Virus record (IMG/VR): IMGVR_UViG_3300032303_002515
Location: 26,840 to 90,839 of that record
Origin: a virus
Taxonomy: Duplodnaviria; Caudoviricetes
Reading direction: 5' to 3' (one strand)
DNA: 64,000 nucleotides
The notes below the pieces were generated by a model, which worked only from the letters and a program-made list of their open reading frames with translations, ran no database searches and was not told where the DNA came from. The translations under genes and the position numbers were made by a program. Of this stretch, positions 38,745 through 47,415 are shown one piece after another. How positions within the stretch are numbered: position 1 is the first letter of the stretch; every line of letters starts with the position of its first letter.

Positions 38745-39673
38745 TCCCACCAGTCAGCCCACCACTCTCCGTCACTGACGTTGTACAAGTCAGTATTGAG
38801 GTAGAGCAGGTCACTTGAAGTGGTGCGGTATCCGCAGCAAATTGCCCCAGCAGTTGATCCGTAGAACAGCACGGTCATTGCGTCGTATGTTTCAAGGCCA
38901 TACATAGATGCAGTTGCAGCGATGGCGCCGCTTACAAACGCCGCAGCACCAGAGGTACCAGTTTGCTTCATCTGCCCGTTGATAGGGTGATACACGGTAA
39001 TATTTTCTCCAGGGGCATACAAAGAAATGCATGGGCCAGTGTTGCTGTTCCTAGATCGCAAGTCAAGTCGAGTAGAAGCGCCAATTGTAAGCGCCCCATC
39101 GGCTCGACCTGGGCTATAACGGCAAGCATCTCGCCCGTCGTTCCCAGCGGCAACAACTACTGGGAAGCCAGCGTCAACCATCTCGTTTACCTTGTCGTCA
39201 AGCGACTGCGTCGCCGCGCCGCTAACTGACATGTTTACTACGGATGTGGACGGGTCGGCATTTTGTGAAATCCAATCAAGTCCAGCAATGATGTTTGTTG
39301 GGTTGCCCTTGCCGGCACATGTCATCACTCGGACAGATACAATTTTTGCCTTTTGCGCAAGGCCAATGTTCCGAGCGGCAATAATGGACGCAATCATGCT
39401 GCCGTGATAAGTTCCGCACGCAACCTTCCCGTCAGAGAATGCGCTAAAGCCCTGCGCTACGCCACCATTAAACATCCCAGAGTCGTATACCCCGCTATCT
39501 ACCACGTAGACGGTAATACCAGCGCCATAATCTTTTCCGTTCCAACTCTTTCCGTCCATGATGTGGCCGCGTTGGTTGACGCGGTCGTGCTCCCAACCAG
39601 CGACGGAGAACTGGTTTGGGTCAACGGTGTTTGGAACCGCCAGAAGCGCTGCGGCAAGAATGAATCGAATCAC
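38741..39673 (-). CDS. Secreted subtilisin-like serine protease (S8A, proteinase K-like)
   Basis: VYVVDSG (Asp), HGSMIASIIA (His), VVAAGND (oxyanion Asn), GTSGAA (Ser); signal peptide after GTG at 39673 overlapping upstream TGA. Confidence 0.85.
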   Translation of the reverse strand: MIRFILAAALLAVPNTVDPNQFSVAGWEHDRVNQRGHIMDGKSWNGKDYGAGITVYVVDSGVYDSGMFNGGVAQGFSAFSDGKVACGTYHGSMIASIIAARNIGLAQKAKIVSVRVMTCAGKGNPTNIIAGLDWISQNADPSTSVVNMSVSGAATQSLDDKVNEMVDAGFPVVVAAGNDGRDACRYSPGRADGALTIGASTRLDLRSRNSNTGPCISLYAPGENITVYHPINGQMKQTGTSGAAAFVSGAIAATASMYGLETYDAMTVLFYGSTAGAICCGYRTTSSDLLYLNTDLYNVSDGEWWADWWD

Positions 39674-40005
39674 GCTAGATGCTCGTTGATAATTTCTGGC
39701 GTGTTGGCATCTTCGTCCACAAAGACGGGTGTTGATTCGCCCACCCAAGCACCTTGGATATTGAACGAGAAGTATTCCTCTGCCTCGGCAAAGAAGTCTC
39801 GATCCCCACGGTAGGCATCGTTGTCGTCAAATTCCTTATTGTCATGGGCGTCTGCTGCAAATTGATTAACAAGCTTAGCCAGGATCTTGTTCTTGCTATA
39901 GACAATAAGGGGCTTGTTGAACTGCCACCCTAGGCCAATAATGCAGTCGTCCCAGCCGTCTGCCAGGAGAACATCGTATGCAGGAACGCTAGACTTCTCG
40001 CTCAT
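39670..40005 (-). CDS. Conserved phage hypothetical protein
   Basis: LADGWDDCIIG...YS...EEYFSFNIQGAWVGESTP pattern; in operon. Confidence 0.65.
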   Translation of the reverse strand: MSEKSSVPAYDVLLADGWDDCIIGLGWQFNKPLIVYSKNKILAKLVNQFAADAHDNKEFDDNDAYRGDRDFFAEAEEYFSFNIQGAWVGESTPVFVDEDANTPEIINEHLA

Positions 40006-40213
40006 CTTCCCTCCTTTTTACGCGAAACAGCCGCGTACTCCGGCACACCACACAGAAGGCGTGCTTAAAATCTTGATGCAGCGTGTTGCCTGGGACCGCT
40101 TGAACCGCTTCGCTTTGTCGGTCGTCTCCGCAAATTGCGCAAACCCAAACTTCTTGTGGCTGTTTATAGCCGTACTGGATTGTGTCACTCTTCTTCGACA
40201 AGGCGAGCCTCAC
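39989..40213 (-). CDS. Possible small zinc-finger protein
   Basis: CAIC...CVVC; overlaps both neighbours, start uncertain. Confidence 0.35.
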   Translation of the reverse strand: MRLALSKKSDTIQYGYKQPQEVWVCAICGDDRQSEAVQAVPGNTLHQDFKHAFCVVCRSTRLFRVKRREDEREV

Positions 40214-40493
40214 AGGTATTCAACCACATAGATACAGGGGCAATCTTGTCGTTCCTTGTTTGCAGTACACCCTTGGTGACGAGTTGGCGAACCAGCTCTT
40301 CGTTTTCGCTCCACCACTTCAACCAAAACCAACCTTCAATTGGCTTTTGCTTTTCAATCACACAAGAGATACGCGCATACGGCTCGCCAGTGTCTGCGGC
40401 AACAGCAACACAAGAGTCTTCGTCCTGCGTAATCTTTAGCAATGCATCGCCAGCCTTTTCGTCTACGTATTGAAAAATCCGCTCAATCGCCAT
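40185..40493 (-). CDS. Hypothetical protein
   Basis: 102-aa ORF in tightly packed operon, RBS GGAG. Confidence 0.6.
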   Translation of the reverse strand: MAIERIFQYVDEKAGDALLKITQDEDSCVAVAADTGEPYARISCVIEKQKPIEGWFWLKWWSENEELVRQLVTKGVLQTRNDKIAPVSMWLNTCEARLVEEE

Positions 40494-40896
40494 GCTTCTG
40501 CTCCTTAGCTTTCTTTCCTGCCTGCGCCTTTCGCGCTACGACATGATTGGCCCACGCTCCTGCTGCTTCAATAAGACCAGCAGCGTTGTTTGCGCTAACC
40601 ATACAGGTAAACGGAATCTTGTTCAACTTGACAACTGCAATAAATCGCCAATTTGAATGCCCCTCTGACGGGGGAAGAATTGCCCCTTCAATTTCGCACT
40701 TATCGTAATTAGCGATAAGCAAAATATCTGCAATGTTTTGGGTAATTTCATCTTCTAATGCCGACTCAGCCCCTGGCGTCCACCGCTCTGGAAGAAGCCC
40801 AAGAGTTCGAGCCGTTGAGCTGTACGCAGCATTAAGCCAGCCACGTTGCCAGTCGTGGTCAGGTTCCTGGTTCATCTTGGCCTTTTTCTTGGTCAC
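40483..40896 (-). CDS. Hypothetical protein
   Basis: 137-aa ORF in operon. Confidence 0.6.
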   Translation of the reverse strand: MTKKKAKMNQEPDHDWQRGWLNAAYSSTARTLGLLPERWTPGAESALEDEITQNIADILLIANYDKCEIEGAILPPSEGHSNWRFIAVVKLNKIPFTCMVSANNAAGLIEAAGAWANHVVARKAQAGKKAKEQKHGD

Positions 40897-41095
40897 GTAG
40901 CACGTATCCTTCCATTAATAACGGGGATTCCGATACATACTTAACAAACGATAGGAGCCGCTCCGTCTCTGCGTAGACCTTCTCCGTTTCTCCTGCCTTG
41001 ACAGACCCAATGACCATCATTGTTTCGCTGTCGTACACTTCTGCTGCGCACTTGCCATCTTCTAACGTTGTGTAGACGGCTGGAAACCAGAGCAT
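40859..41095 (-). CDS. Hypothetical protein
   Basis: 78-aa ORF, TAATG-coupled. Confidence 0.55.
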   Translation of the reverse strand: MLWFPAVYTTLEDGKCAAEVYDSETMMVIGSVKAGETEKVYAETERLLSFVKYVSESPLLMEGYVLRDQEKGQDEPGT

Positions 41096-41598
41096 TACAT
41101 CCTCTTTGCGTTTGATGAAAGACGCATGTCGCTATATTCTCGCAATGGGCAATTGCTCCAATGGCAGTAACTATCCTTGTTATCCGCAGAGCCGCCCACG
41201 CAATCTTCGCACATCTTTCGAATTGCCAGCAACATGCCGGCAGCCTGCGTCGCCCCTTGCAACTTGTTTACGGACTTTTCAATCTTGTCAACTGCTTCGG
41301 TTAGCGAATCAATCTTAGAGAGCACGCCGCTAACTTCATTGCCGCTGTCCTCTTCTGCCTCAGCAATAATTTCTACCATTTCTGGATGATTGTTCTTAAC
41401 ATACTCAATTACCGCAACAGAATAATCGGCCGGGATTGCCCGCTGATTGCTGGCATATGCCTCTACCGTTCGTGGTGAACGACGGTTTTCTGGCGCCAAC
41501 GAATCGTTCATCCGTTGCGCCAAAAGCTTAGCCGCACTTCCGCGAGAGTTGCTTGGAAAAACAGTTTGCGCAATCTGCGCCAAAAGATCAGCCCGCAT
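41095..41598 (-). CDS. Putative DNA-binding protein (HTH plus coiled coil plus Cys cluster)
   Basis: Helical N-terminus, IDSLTEAVDKIEKSVNKL coil, CEDC...CHWSNCPL; RBS AAGGAGA. Confidence 0.5.
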   Translation of the reverse strand: MRADLLAQIAQTVFPSNSRGSAAKLLAQRMNDSLAPENRRSPRTVEAYASNQRAIPADYSVAVIEYVKNNHPEMVEIIAEAEEDSGNEVSGVLSKIDSLTEAVDKIEKSVNKLQGATQAAGMLLAIRKMCEDCVGGSADNKDSYCHWSNCPLREYSDMRLSSNAKRM

Positions 41599-42424
41599 TT
41601 GCCTTCTCCTTTGCTGCCATAAATTCTGTAATGGTTTCCGCAATGCCCTTCCAGTTAAACTCAATAGCCAGTTGGCCGTGGTGCTTTGTCTTGGCTGCGA
41701 CTAGCAGGTCTACTTCCCCGCCAAGCTTGCGCCATGTGTTGCAGAAGGTGTAGTCCTCTCCGTATTGTGTCTTTGTTTCGTCGTCCTGGGAATAACTAAA
41801 GAACTGGTAGAGCTTTCCCTGCGTTGTGTTAAAGAAATTGTCAGGGTTCTCTGCAATTATCTTCTCAAACACTTCTCGCTTTACCATCATGGCACCCGTG
41901 CCCACCTTTAGCACCTTGGCAAAGCCAAACTCGTCTACGTTAAACACCTCTTCCTCTGTGGAAAAGTTTCCTTCTGCAATAAGCGCTGGGTACAACTCCA
42001 AACTGGTGTTTGGGTACGCATTGATAAATTCCCCAAGGCGGTCCCACAGCACTTCTCGCTTCGAGCACGGCAGCGCGCTTAGCATTCGGTCATGCCCAAG
42101 CAAATACAAGATGTGTCGTGGGTCTACCTGAATGTCGCTGTCGATCATAAACAAGTGCGTTGCTTTTGTTTCAAGGAATTGCTTGGTCAATTCGTTTCGA
42201 GCAAGCGGAAGGATTGAGTTGCCAGCAAGCACTTTCCACGTAAACGAGATGCCTTCTTCAATGCACAACTTTTGCAACTGCATAACAGTAGCCACGCACC
42301 CAGCGTGAAGGCGACCGTCAAGCGTTGGGGTTGCAACGCAAATTCCTACGTTCCTCTCTGGCGCCTTGATGGCACTAGCATCAAATGGCTTTGGGTTTCT
42401 TGCTCGCTTTGACTTCTTGCTCAC
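41588..42424 (-). CDS. GT-A fold glycosyltransferase-like protein
   Basis: ARNEL...THLFMIDSDI (DxD), VGTGAMMVKREVF, YGEDYTFC. Confidence 0.75.
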   Translation of the reverse strand: MSKKSKRARNPKPFDASAIKAPERNVGICVATPTLDGRLHAGCVATVMQLQKLCIEEGISFTWKVLAGNSILPLARNELTKQFLETKATHLFMIDSDIQVDPRHILYLLGHDRMLSALPCSKREVLWDRLGEFINAYPNTSLELYPALIAEGNFSTEEEVFNVDEFGFAKVLKVGTGAMMVKREVFEKIIAENPDNFFNTTQGKLYQFFSYSQDDETKTQYGEDYTFCNTWRKLGGEVDLLVAAKTKHHGQLAIEFNWKGIAETITEFMAAKEKANAG

Positions 42425-42888
42425 TTCTTCTTTGCTCCCATCACATTCACCCGAAGATTTGCCAGCGATAGATTGGGTGCATCAGTTCGCTGCGCTTTTA
42501 CTTCCTGCTCAAATCGGTGCAACTCTGCTGGGCGACCATCCAGTGGCCTGCCCCACTTGCCACGTTGTAGTGCAACGGTGATTAGTGCGTAGTTTGCAAT
42601 GTCTAGCATGGTGTCTACCAGAGATTCGTCACCGCCATCTGGCAATGGATCAAGGATGACCTCGCCGTCGGCAACTTTACCGTTCAGGAATCGCTTAGCG
42701 CGTTCAATCTTGTCGTAAGCAATACGGCTAATGACGCCGTGAATGCCAAGCTGTTGAATGTTTGAATCTCCGTATCGCTCTTGCTTTCGCACCAAGAGGG
42801 CGAACGCTTCAGAGTAAATCTCTGCAAACGTTGTTTCAAAACTTTGCTCTGCCGAGGCTACAACCCGGCCCTTTGTTGGATTAGCCAA
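42421..42888 (-). CDS. DUF1599 / nucleotide-modification-associated domain 1 protein
   Basis: LLVRKQERYGDSNI...RIAYDKIER...DESLVDTMLDIANYALI. Confidence 0.75.
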   Translation of the reverse strand: MANPTKGRVVASAEQSFETTFAEIYSEAFALLVRKQERYGDSNIQQLGIHGVISRIAYDKIERAKRFLNGKVADGEVILDPLPDGGDESLVDTMLDIANYALITVALQRGKWGRPLDGRPAELHRFEQEVKAQRTDAPNLSLANLRVNVMGAKKK

Positions 42889-43070
42889 TTTGCCTCCTTC
42901 TCCGTGACTCGCATAAGCACGGCTGCATCAATGTGCTGGCCACAGATTACCAGATACGGCTCATCGTCGTCTTCGGAGCGGGGCTCCAGGGTAAGGGTAA
43001 TCGGATTGTCCTGCGACCAGAGAATCCAGATAGCCCGTGCTCGTTGGCTGGGGTACGAATGACTTTCCAT
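42858..43070 (-). CDS. Hypothetical protein
   Basis: 70-aa ORF; start uncertain. Confidence 0.4.
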   Translation of the reverse strand: MESHSYPSQRARAIWILWSQDNPITLTLEPRSEDDDEPYLVICGQHIDAAVLMRVTEKEANWLIQQRAGL

Positions 43071-43141
43071 TGGCGCAGTATGGCAGATTTTTCAAGAGTC
43101 CACAAGTCTTATAAGAGCATGATAGTATGTAATTTGTCGTC

Positions 43142-43306
43142 CCTCCTCAATGGGCGACAGCTCGCCGGCGGTATGGTCGGCTAGGGCGGGAAGGTTAACG
43201 AGGCTTTGAGGGCCTCATGAAACGGTGTTGGCGGCCGCGCGAGCCGACGGGCTGCGTCGCATCCAGGCGTTCCTCCGTTGCCTTCCCGCCGACCTATTGA
43301 TAGAGG
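43142..43306 (+). ncRNA. Candidate structured RNA
   Basis: Nested complementarity, including perfect GGCGGGAAGG (43185-43194) / CCTTCCCGCC (43281-43290); family not identified, strand not certain. Confidence 0.4.
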
Positions 43307-43311
43307 TGTTT

Positions 43312-43497
43312 ATGGCCGGTAAGAAAACTCTTGCAAAGAACAAAGGCGACAAGAAGGCTGACGTTTTGACAAAGCGCATGTGCGCCGTTTGCCAGCAGCC
43401 AATGCTTGCCAGTCAAATACGTGCTAAATACGAGATTAGTTTTGTTGGCGCAAAGAGCAGCTCACGCCTTGTCCATCACCACGCTAAGTGCGCCTAA
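43312..43497 (+). CDS. Small basic Cys/His protein
   Basis: CAVC...HHHAKC, GAGGTG RBS; lone plus-strand gene. Confidence 0.55.
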   Translation: MAGKKTLAKNKGDKKADVLTKRMCAVCQQPMLASQIRAKYEISFVGAKSSSRLVHHHAKCA

Positions 43498-44009
43498 CCC
43501 CACAAGCCGTCGTCTAATGACTTCGGCGGAATGTATCCAGGAAGCGTTGTGATGTCATGAAGGTGGGCCTTTGGTACAAAATACAGCGCCTTGTCTTCGT
43601 GGTAATACTTCTCCTCCATGCCTTCCTTCGCAGAAATCCAGCCAACTACCTCAAAGATAAAGTTTCGCATGTCGGCAGGCAGGACCAGAACGTAGATTGA
43701 CTTCTTGCTGTCGCCCTTGCGGATAGACAAGTCTTGGTAGTGCCCAGGGCGGAACCGAACTTGAACGTTGTCGCCAACATCTGCGCCCTTAAAGGTGTCA
43801 ATGTCCTCCCCAGTCCACGGCAGCCCCGTGGCGACAGACGCAGCAACCTCGCCCATTGCCCCCTCAATGTGCTGCTTCCAGCCGTCGCGCTCCCAGTTAT
43901 ATCGGTCCTTCAAGTTGTCACGAATAGCACGAAGCTCTCGAAGCGCTCCGGCAATCACCGCTCGCTCTATCTGCTTCTGACTTAACTGCACCATTACTGA
44001 GTTTGTCAC
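43494..44009 (-). CDS. Hypothetical protein, possible PD-(D/E)xK-like nuclease fold
   Basis: GEVAAS...ADVGDNVQVR...YVLV pattern; weak. Confidence 0.4.
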   Translation of the reverse strand: MTNSVMVQLSQKQIERAVIAGALRELRAIRDNLKDRYNWERDGWKQHIEGAMGEVAASVATGLPWTGEDIDTFKGADVGDNVQVRFRPGHYQDLSIRKGDSKKSIYVLVLPADMRNFIFEVVGWISAKEGMEEKYYHEDKALYFVPKAHLHDITTLPGYIPPKSLDDGLWG

Positions 44010-44557
44010 TGCTTTGCCACCTCTGCATAACTAAGTTCTACAACCGTTTCTCTTCCAAAAAACGATAGCGTTACCTTAAGCCGCTGCCGCTGGTCGTCCG
44101 CTGCAAATACCATGCCGTTCATATCAGAAAACGGCCCAGAGACAATCTTTACGGTATCACCGTTGCCAAAAATGTTTGTCGGCTTAGGCACTTTCTTTTC
44201 CCCAACCCCAAGAATGACATTCATCTCTGCCTCTGTGATAGGAGATGGATCGTTTCTATGGTTCTGCAATGAGTTGTTGTTGGCAAACCCTGCAATAGAC
44301 GGCGTACCCTTGACCACAAAGAAACTTTCTGGACTCATAACCATTTCAATAAAAATATAGCCAGGGTAAATGCACTCATCAACTTTGTGTTTCTTGCCAC
44401 CGCTCCACTTTGTTATCTCCCGCCTAGGAATAAAAACCGTACGGAACAAATCTTCCATGCCCATAGAGGTGATTCGTTGCTCCAGCAATCGCTTGGCTCG
44501 TTCTTCTCTACCAGGCATGCAATAGGCTCCATACCAAGAAAACTTTACATCGCTCAT
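44006..44557 (-). CDS. nusG: Transcription termination/antitermination factor NusG
   Basis: NGN (WY...PGREER...IYPGYIFIEM...VKGTPSIAGF) plus KOW (GDTVKIVSGPF...G.V...LKVTLSFFGRETVVEL). Confidence 0.9.
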   Translation of the reverse strand: MSDVKFSWYGAYCMPGREERAKRLLEQRITSMGMEDLFRTVFIPRREITKWSGGKKHKVDECIYPGYIFIEMVMSPESFFVVKGTPSIAGFANNNSLQNHRNDPSPITEAEMNVILGVGEKKVPKPTNIFGNGDTVKIVSGPFSDMNGMVFAADDQRQRLKVTLSFFGRETVVELSYAEVAKQ

Positions 44558-44925
44558 CCGCGAACCTTTCTATTCAGGATTTCCTTTTTCATGTTACTAA
44601 AGTGCTCTGCTGCCTGCTTAAATGCCGCAATGTTTGCGTCAATAGCGGCAACAAGGTCGGACTGGGACTGGTCAATCAGCCTCCAGGCGGACTCCTCGTA
44701 CCTGCGCATGTCCTCAATGTCAGAAGACATAACCTTGTAGGCCTTGCTCTTATTGCTGATGCCCTGATACGCATAGCAGCGCATGGTCTCAGGGCTAAGG
44801 TCATACTTCATTGCGGCTGCATACGCGCCGTCTGTTAGCGACTTTGACTCTGGGAACTTCCACATGATGAGTTGCTGGATTTCCAGCGCGCTCACCAGAA
44901 TGCTATTTGGCCTCTTAGCTGCCAT
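44554..44925 (-). CDS. Hypothetical protein (HTH-like plus coil)
   Basis: 123-aa ORF coupled to nusG. Confidence 0.55.
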   Translation of the reverse strand: MAAKRPNSILVSALEIQQLIMWKFPESKSLTDGAYAAAMKYDLSPETMRCYAYQGISNKSKAYKVMSSDIEDMRRYEESAWRLIDQSQSDLVAAIDANIAAFKQAAEHFSNMKKEILNRKVRG

Positions 44926-45193
44926 TGTGTTGCTCCAGTAGCTCTTTCATCTTGTCCATGGCAATGGCTGGCGTTGCACCAATTGAACGGACCTTCTTGC
45001 CATCGGGGCTGGCCACCTCAATAGCCCAGCCATTTAGCAAGAAGTATAGCCTGTCAAACCACCAGCCCTCTGGGATGACGGCGTGGACTTCGTTCCATGC
45101 ACAGTGAATGCAGCGAGGGTCCGATGGGTTTTGCGCAAACCCGATTAGGTTTGTTGCAAGGAATCCATTCTCCTCGCCATGAAGGCAGTCCAT
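44915..45193 (-). CDS. Hypothetical protein
   Basis: 92-aa ORF with RBS. Confidence 0.55.
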   Translation of the reverse strand: MDCLHGEENGFLATNLIGFAQNPSDPRCIHCAWNEVHAVIPEGWWFDRLYFLLNGWAIEVASPDGKKVRSIGATPAIAMDKMKELLEQHNGS

Positions 45194-45244
45194 GTTCTTT
45201 CCCTTCTCTATCCACAGTTCTAGGGCGTCTGGGTCTATTTGTGT

Positions 45245-45273
45245 ACCCTAAGGCCCAAGGCGTGGATTGTCAA
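45245..45273 (-). promoter_or_regulatory. Sigma70-type promoter
   Basis: TTGACA-17-TAGGGT immediately 3' of tRNA-Ile. Confidence 0.55.
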
Positions 45274-45274
45274 G

Positions 45275-45350
45275 TGGTGGGGGAACCTGGACTCGAACCA
45301 GGAGCCACCAAGATATAAGCTTGGCGCTCTAACCTTTGAGCTATTCCCCC
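45275..45350 (-). tRNA. tRNA-Ile (anticodon UAU), CCA encoded
   Basis: GGGGGAA-TA-GCTC..GAGC-G-CCAAG-CT TAT AT-CTTGG..CCTGG-TTCGAGT-CCAGG-TTCCCCC-A-CCA. Confidence 0.93.
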
Positions 45351-45619
45351 TAGTTTACTTTCTTGCCAAGCTTTGACTTGGGTCGCTCGCCTGGCTCTGG
45401 CTGCCCTGCAACCTCTGGGGCGGGGTTGGCAGCGGTGTCCATCGGGGCAAGGCCAAGGCCTACGCGCACGTCATTGGCGCCAAACCACCAGCCACGACGA
45501 AACTCAAACGCCGACTTAGCCTTTTCCTGCTCAATCTGGACCCTGCTACCGGCACCAGCCAGGGATGCCCCGACTACAAATCCTAGCACAAAAAGCAGTA
45601 TAAAACCTAGGAAATCCAT
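45350..45619 (-). CDS. Small membrane-anchored protein
   Basis: N-terminal hydrophobic helix FLGFILLFVLGFVVGASL. Confidence 0.55.
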   Translation of the reverse strand: MDFLGFILLFVLGFVVGASLAGAGSRVQIEQEKAKSAFEFRRGWWFGANDVRVGLGLAPMDTAANPAPEVAGQPEPGERPKSKLGKKVN

Positions 45620-45691
45620 ACAACAAATCCTCCTCTGGACTATTGGCTAACTGCCGCCTAGAATAACACGTCAGCCAGCCCAGGAGGTACC

Positions 45692-46204
45692 ATGGACACA
45701 AAGCGCAGGACACCAAGACCGGGAACGGTGCGCATTGTTTACGACCCCGAGGCGCCCTTTTCCGAAAAGCAGCGGTGGCGCCCGTTCACCTCGCTTATCC
45801 GCAAGGTTTGCGCAGAGCAAGACATTCGCCTTGGCCGCGTGCACCTGCATTACCACCCAGACGGAGTTCATACGCTTCCCGATAGCCACCCCCATGGAGA
45901 GGCGGAATATTGGGGCAAGACAATTTTCCTTTGCACCGCCGACGCGGACACCGCGCTGCACGAAATAGCGCATGTGTGGACAAAAAGCTGGCATACCCCT
46001 AAATGGGCAGAGGCTTACCTTTATCTGTGTGAGCAATACATGGGTAGAAAAGAATTTATTGAAAATATTAAAAGGAATTCTTCAAAGTATGCGGTTGTTC
46101 GGCACGCCCTGAAGCGCGTCTACGGCATCACGGTAAAAGATTTGACTAAGGAAAGCCCGCCAAAGTCCTCTGAACAAAAAGCTGGCGGTCGTGTTCGTAG
46201 TTAG
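45692..46204 (+). CDS. Small zincin (SprT-like) metallopeptidase
   Basis: TALHEIAHVW...H...W motif; AGGAGG RBS. Confidence 0.6.
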   Translation: MDTKRRTPRPGTVRIVYDPEAPFSEKQRWRPFTSLIRKVCAEQDIRLGRVHLHYHPDGVHTLPDSHPHGEAEYWGKTIFLCTADADTALHEIAHVWTKSWHTPKWAEAYLYLCEQYMGRKEFIENIKRNSSKYAVVRHALKRVYGITVKDLTKESPPKSSEQKAGGRVRS

Positions 46205-46826
46205 CCAGGCTTTCATTGCGGTCGCATAGCGCGTCTCGCCCGTTAGTCCCAACCCACTTGTGCTCAACAAGGCGATCTGGCACCTTGCGAATCTTGTCGT
46301 ACGACAGGGCTACGTCGGTGTATTCATTGTCGCAATACACAGACTTGTATCCTGGGTGGTAGATGTATTGAAATCGCTCATACCACTGCCTGCCCATAAT
46401 CACTACCGTAGAAGTAGTTGGACTATTCCCATAGCCATCGGGTGGCCAGATGCAACCGTCTAGATCGGGAAAGCTACCAAACACGAGGTTAAGCATCCGC
46501 TCATCCCAGTCTTGAACGATTGGCAGCATGTCGTCTTGCGCTAGGTAGAGAACCTCCCAGCCGGCGCTGGCTTTGTCCATGTCGGCGTTCATTGCCTCGA
46601 TTTTTGTCTTGTTAGGCCCGTAAAAGTATTTAATGTCTTGGCCCATGGCAATCAACTTATCAAAAGTTTCTTTGACTTCCGGATTGTTCATTTCCAGGTC
46701 GTCTTGGTCCATGGAGATGACCCACTCAATGTGGTGGCGGTTTGATGCAAGCTGCATATAGCTTGCAAAGACCTCAAAGAAACGCTTCTGGCGCTGACGC
46801 GTTGGAAACTTAACCAGCAAATGCAT
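46146..46826 (-). CDS. Glycosyltransferase family 2-like
   Basis: FPTRQR...ISMDQDD...AQDDMLP...YCDNEYT. Confidence 0.75.
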   Translation of the reverse strand: MHLLVKFPTRQRQKRFFEVFASYMQLASNRHHIEWVISMDQDDLEMNNPEVKETFDKLIAMGQDIKYFYGPNKTKIEAMNADMDKASAGWEVLYLAQDDMLPIVQDWDERMLNLVFGSFPDLDGCIWPPDGYGNSPTTSTVVIMGRQWYERFQYIYHPGYKSVYCDNEYTDVALSYDKIRKVPDRLVEHKWVGTNGRDALCDRNESLANYEHDRQLFVQRTLAGFP

Positions 46827-47413
46827 TAATACCCCTTGCTTGGATAATAGTAGTAAATCTCTCCAGGTATGCGCGTTTCTTTCCTGAGGAACGGGCGAAC
46901 CTTGTCAGAAAACTTTTTGTCTTCACCAAAATTAATGTCTTCAAAGATTACCTTGTTTGCAATAGACCTTTTGATTGCATTCAAGTGGTTTGGACTTCGG
47001 TAGTATACCCCGTCCGCCCCCGTAGACCATTCTTGGTGCTCTGTTGAGTGGTCAAAAAGTGCTGACTTACCACCAGCAAAGTAGATGATGCCAGTAAGGC
47101 TGGCGCAATCTGGGTCGGAGTCCAGGGCAGTTAAAACTTTTTCTACATAGTCGTCACTAACCATGTCGTCGTCGTCCACAAAGGCAACGTAATCTCCCAG
47201 CGCCGCCTCCATAAGCTCGTTTCTTTTTCTGCCAATACTTGCCTCACCATTGTCCACGTGGGTCAACACTTCAACTTCAACGGTAAGCTGCGGGGTAAGC
47301 ACGTCCATGAGGCGCTCCAGCTTGTCTGCGCGTGATTCCAGCGAGCAGATAAGGATAGAAAGTCTCTTATCCCCCCGCTCTTCTGCGCCGTTTCCTTGCG
47401 TTACCCAGCCCAT
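46826..47413 (-). CDS. Glycosyltransferase family 2-like
   Basis: LSILICSL...IGRKRN...YVAFVDDDD...FGED. Confidence 0.8.
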   Translation of the reverse strand: MGWVTQGNGAEERGDKRLSILICSLESRADKLERLMDVLTPQLTVEVEVLTHVDNGEASIGRKRNELMEAALGDYVAFVDDDDMVSDDYVEKVLTALDSDPDCASLTGIIYFAGGKSALFDHSTEHQEWSTGADGVYYRSPNHLNAIKRSIANKVIFEDINFGEDKKFSDKVRPFLRKETRIPGEIYYYYPSKGY

Positions 47414-47415
47414 AA

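Noticed and set aside
38741-39673. Subtilase as a kexin/furin-type dibasic convertase for the TMP linkers
   Set aside because: Motifs are proteinase-K-like S8A, there is no P-domain, and it is exported; kept only as a weak candidate.
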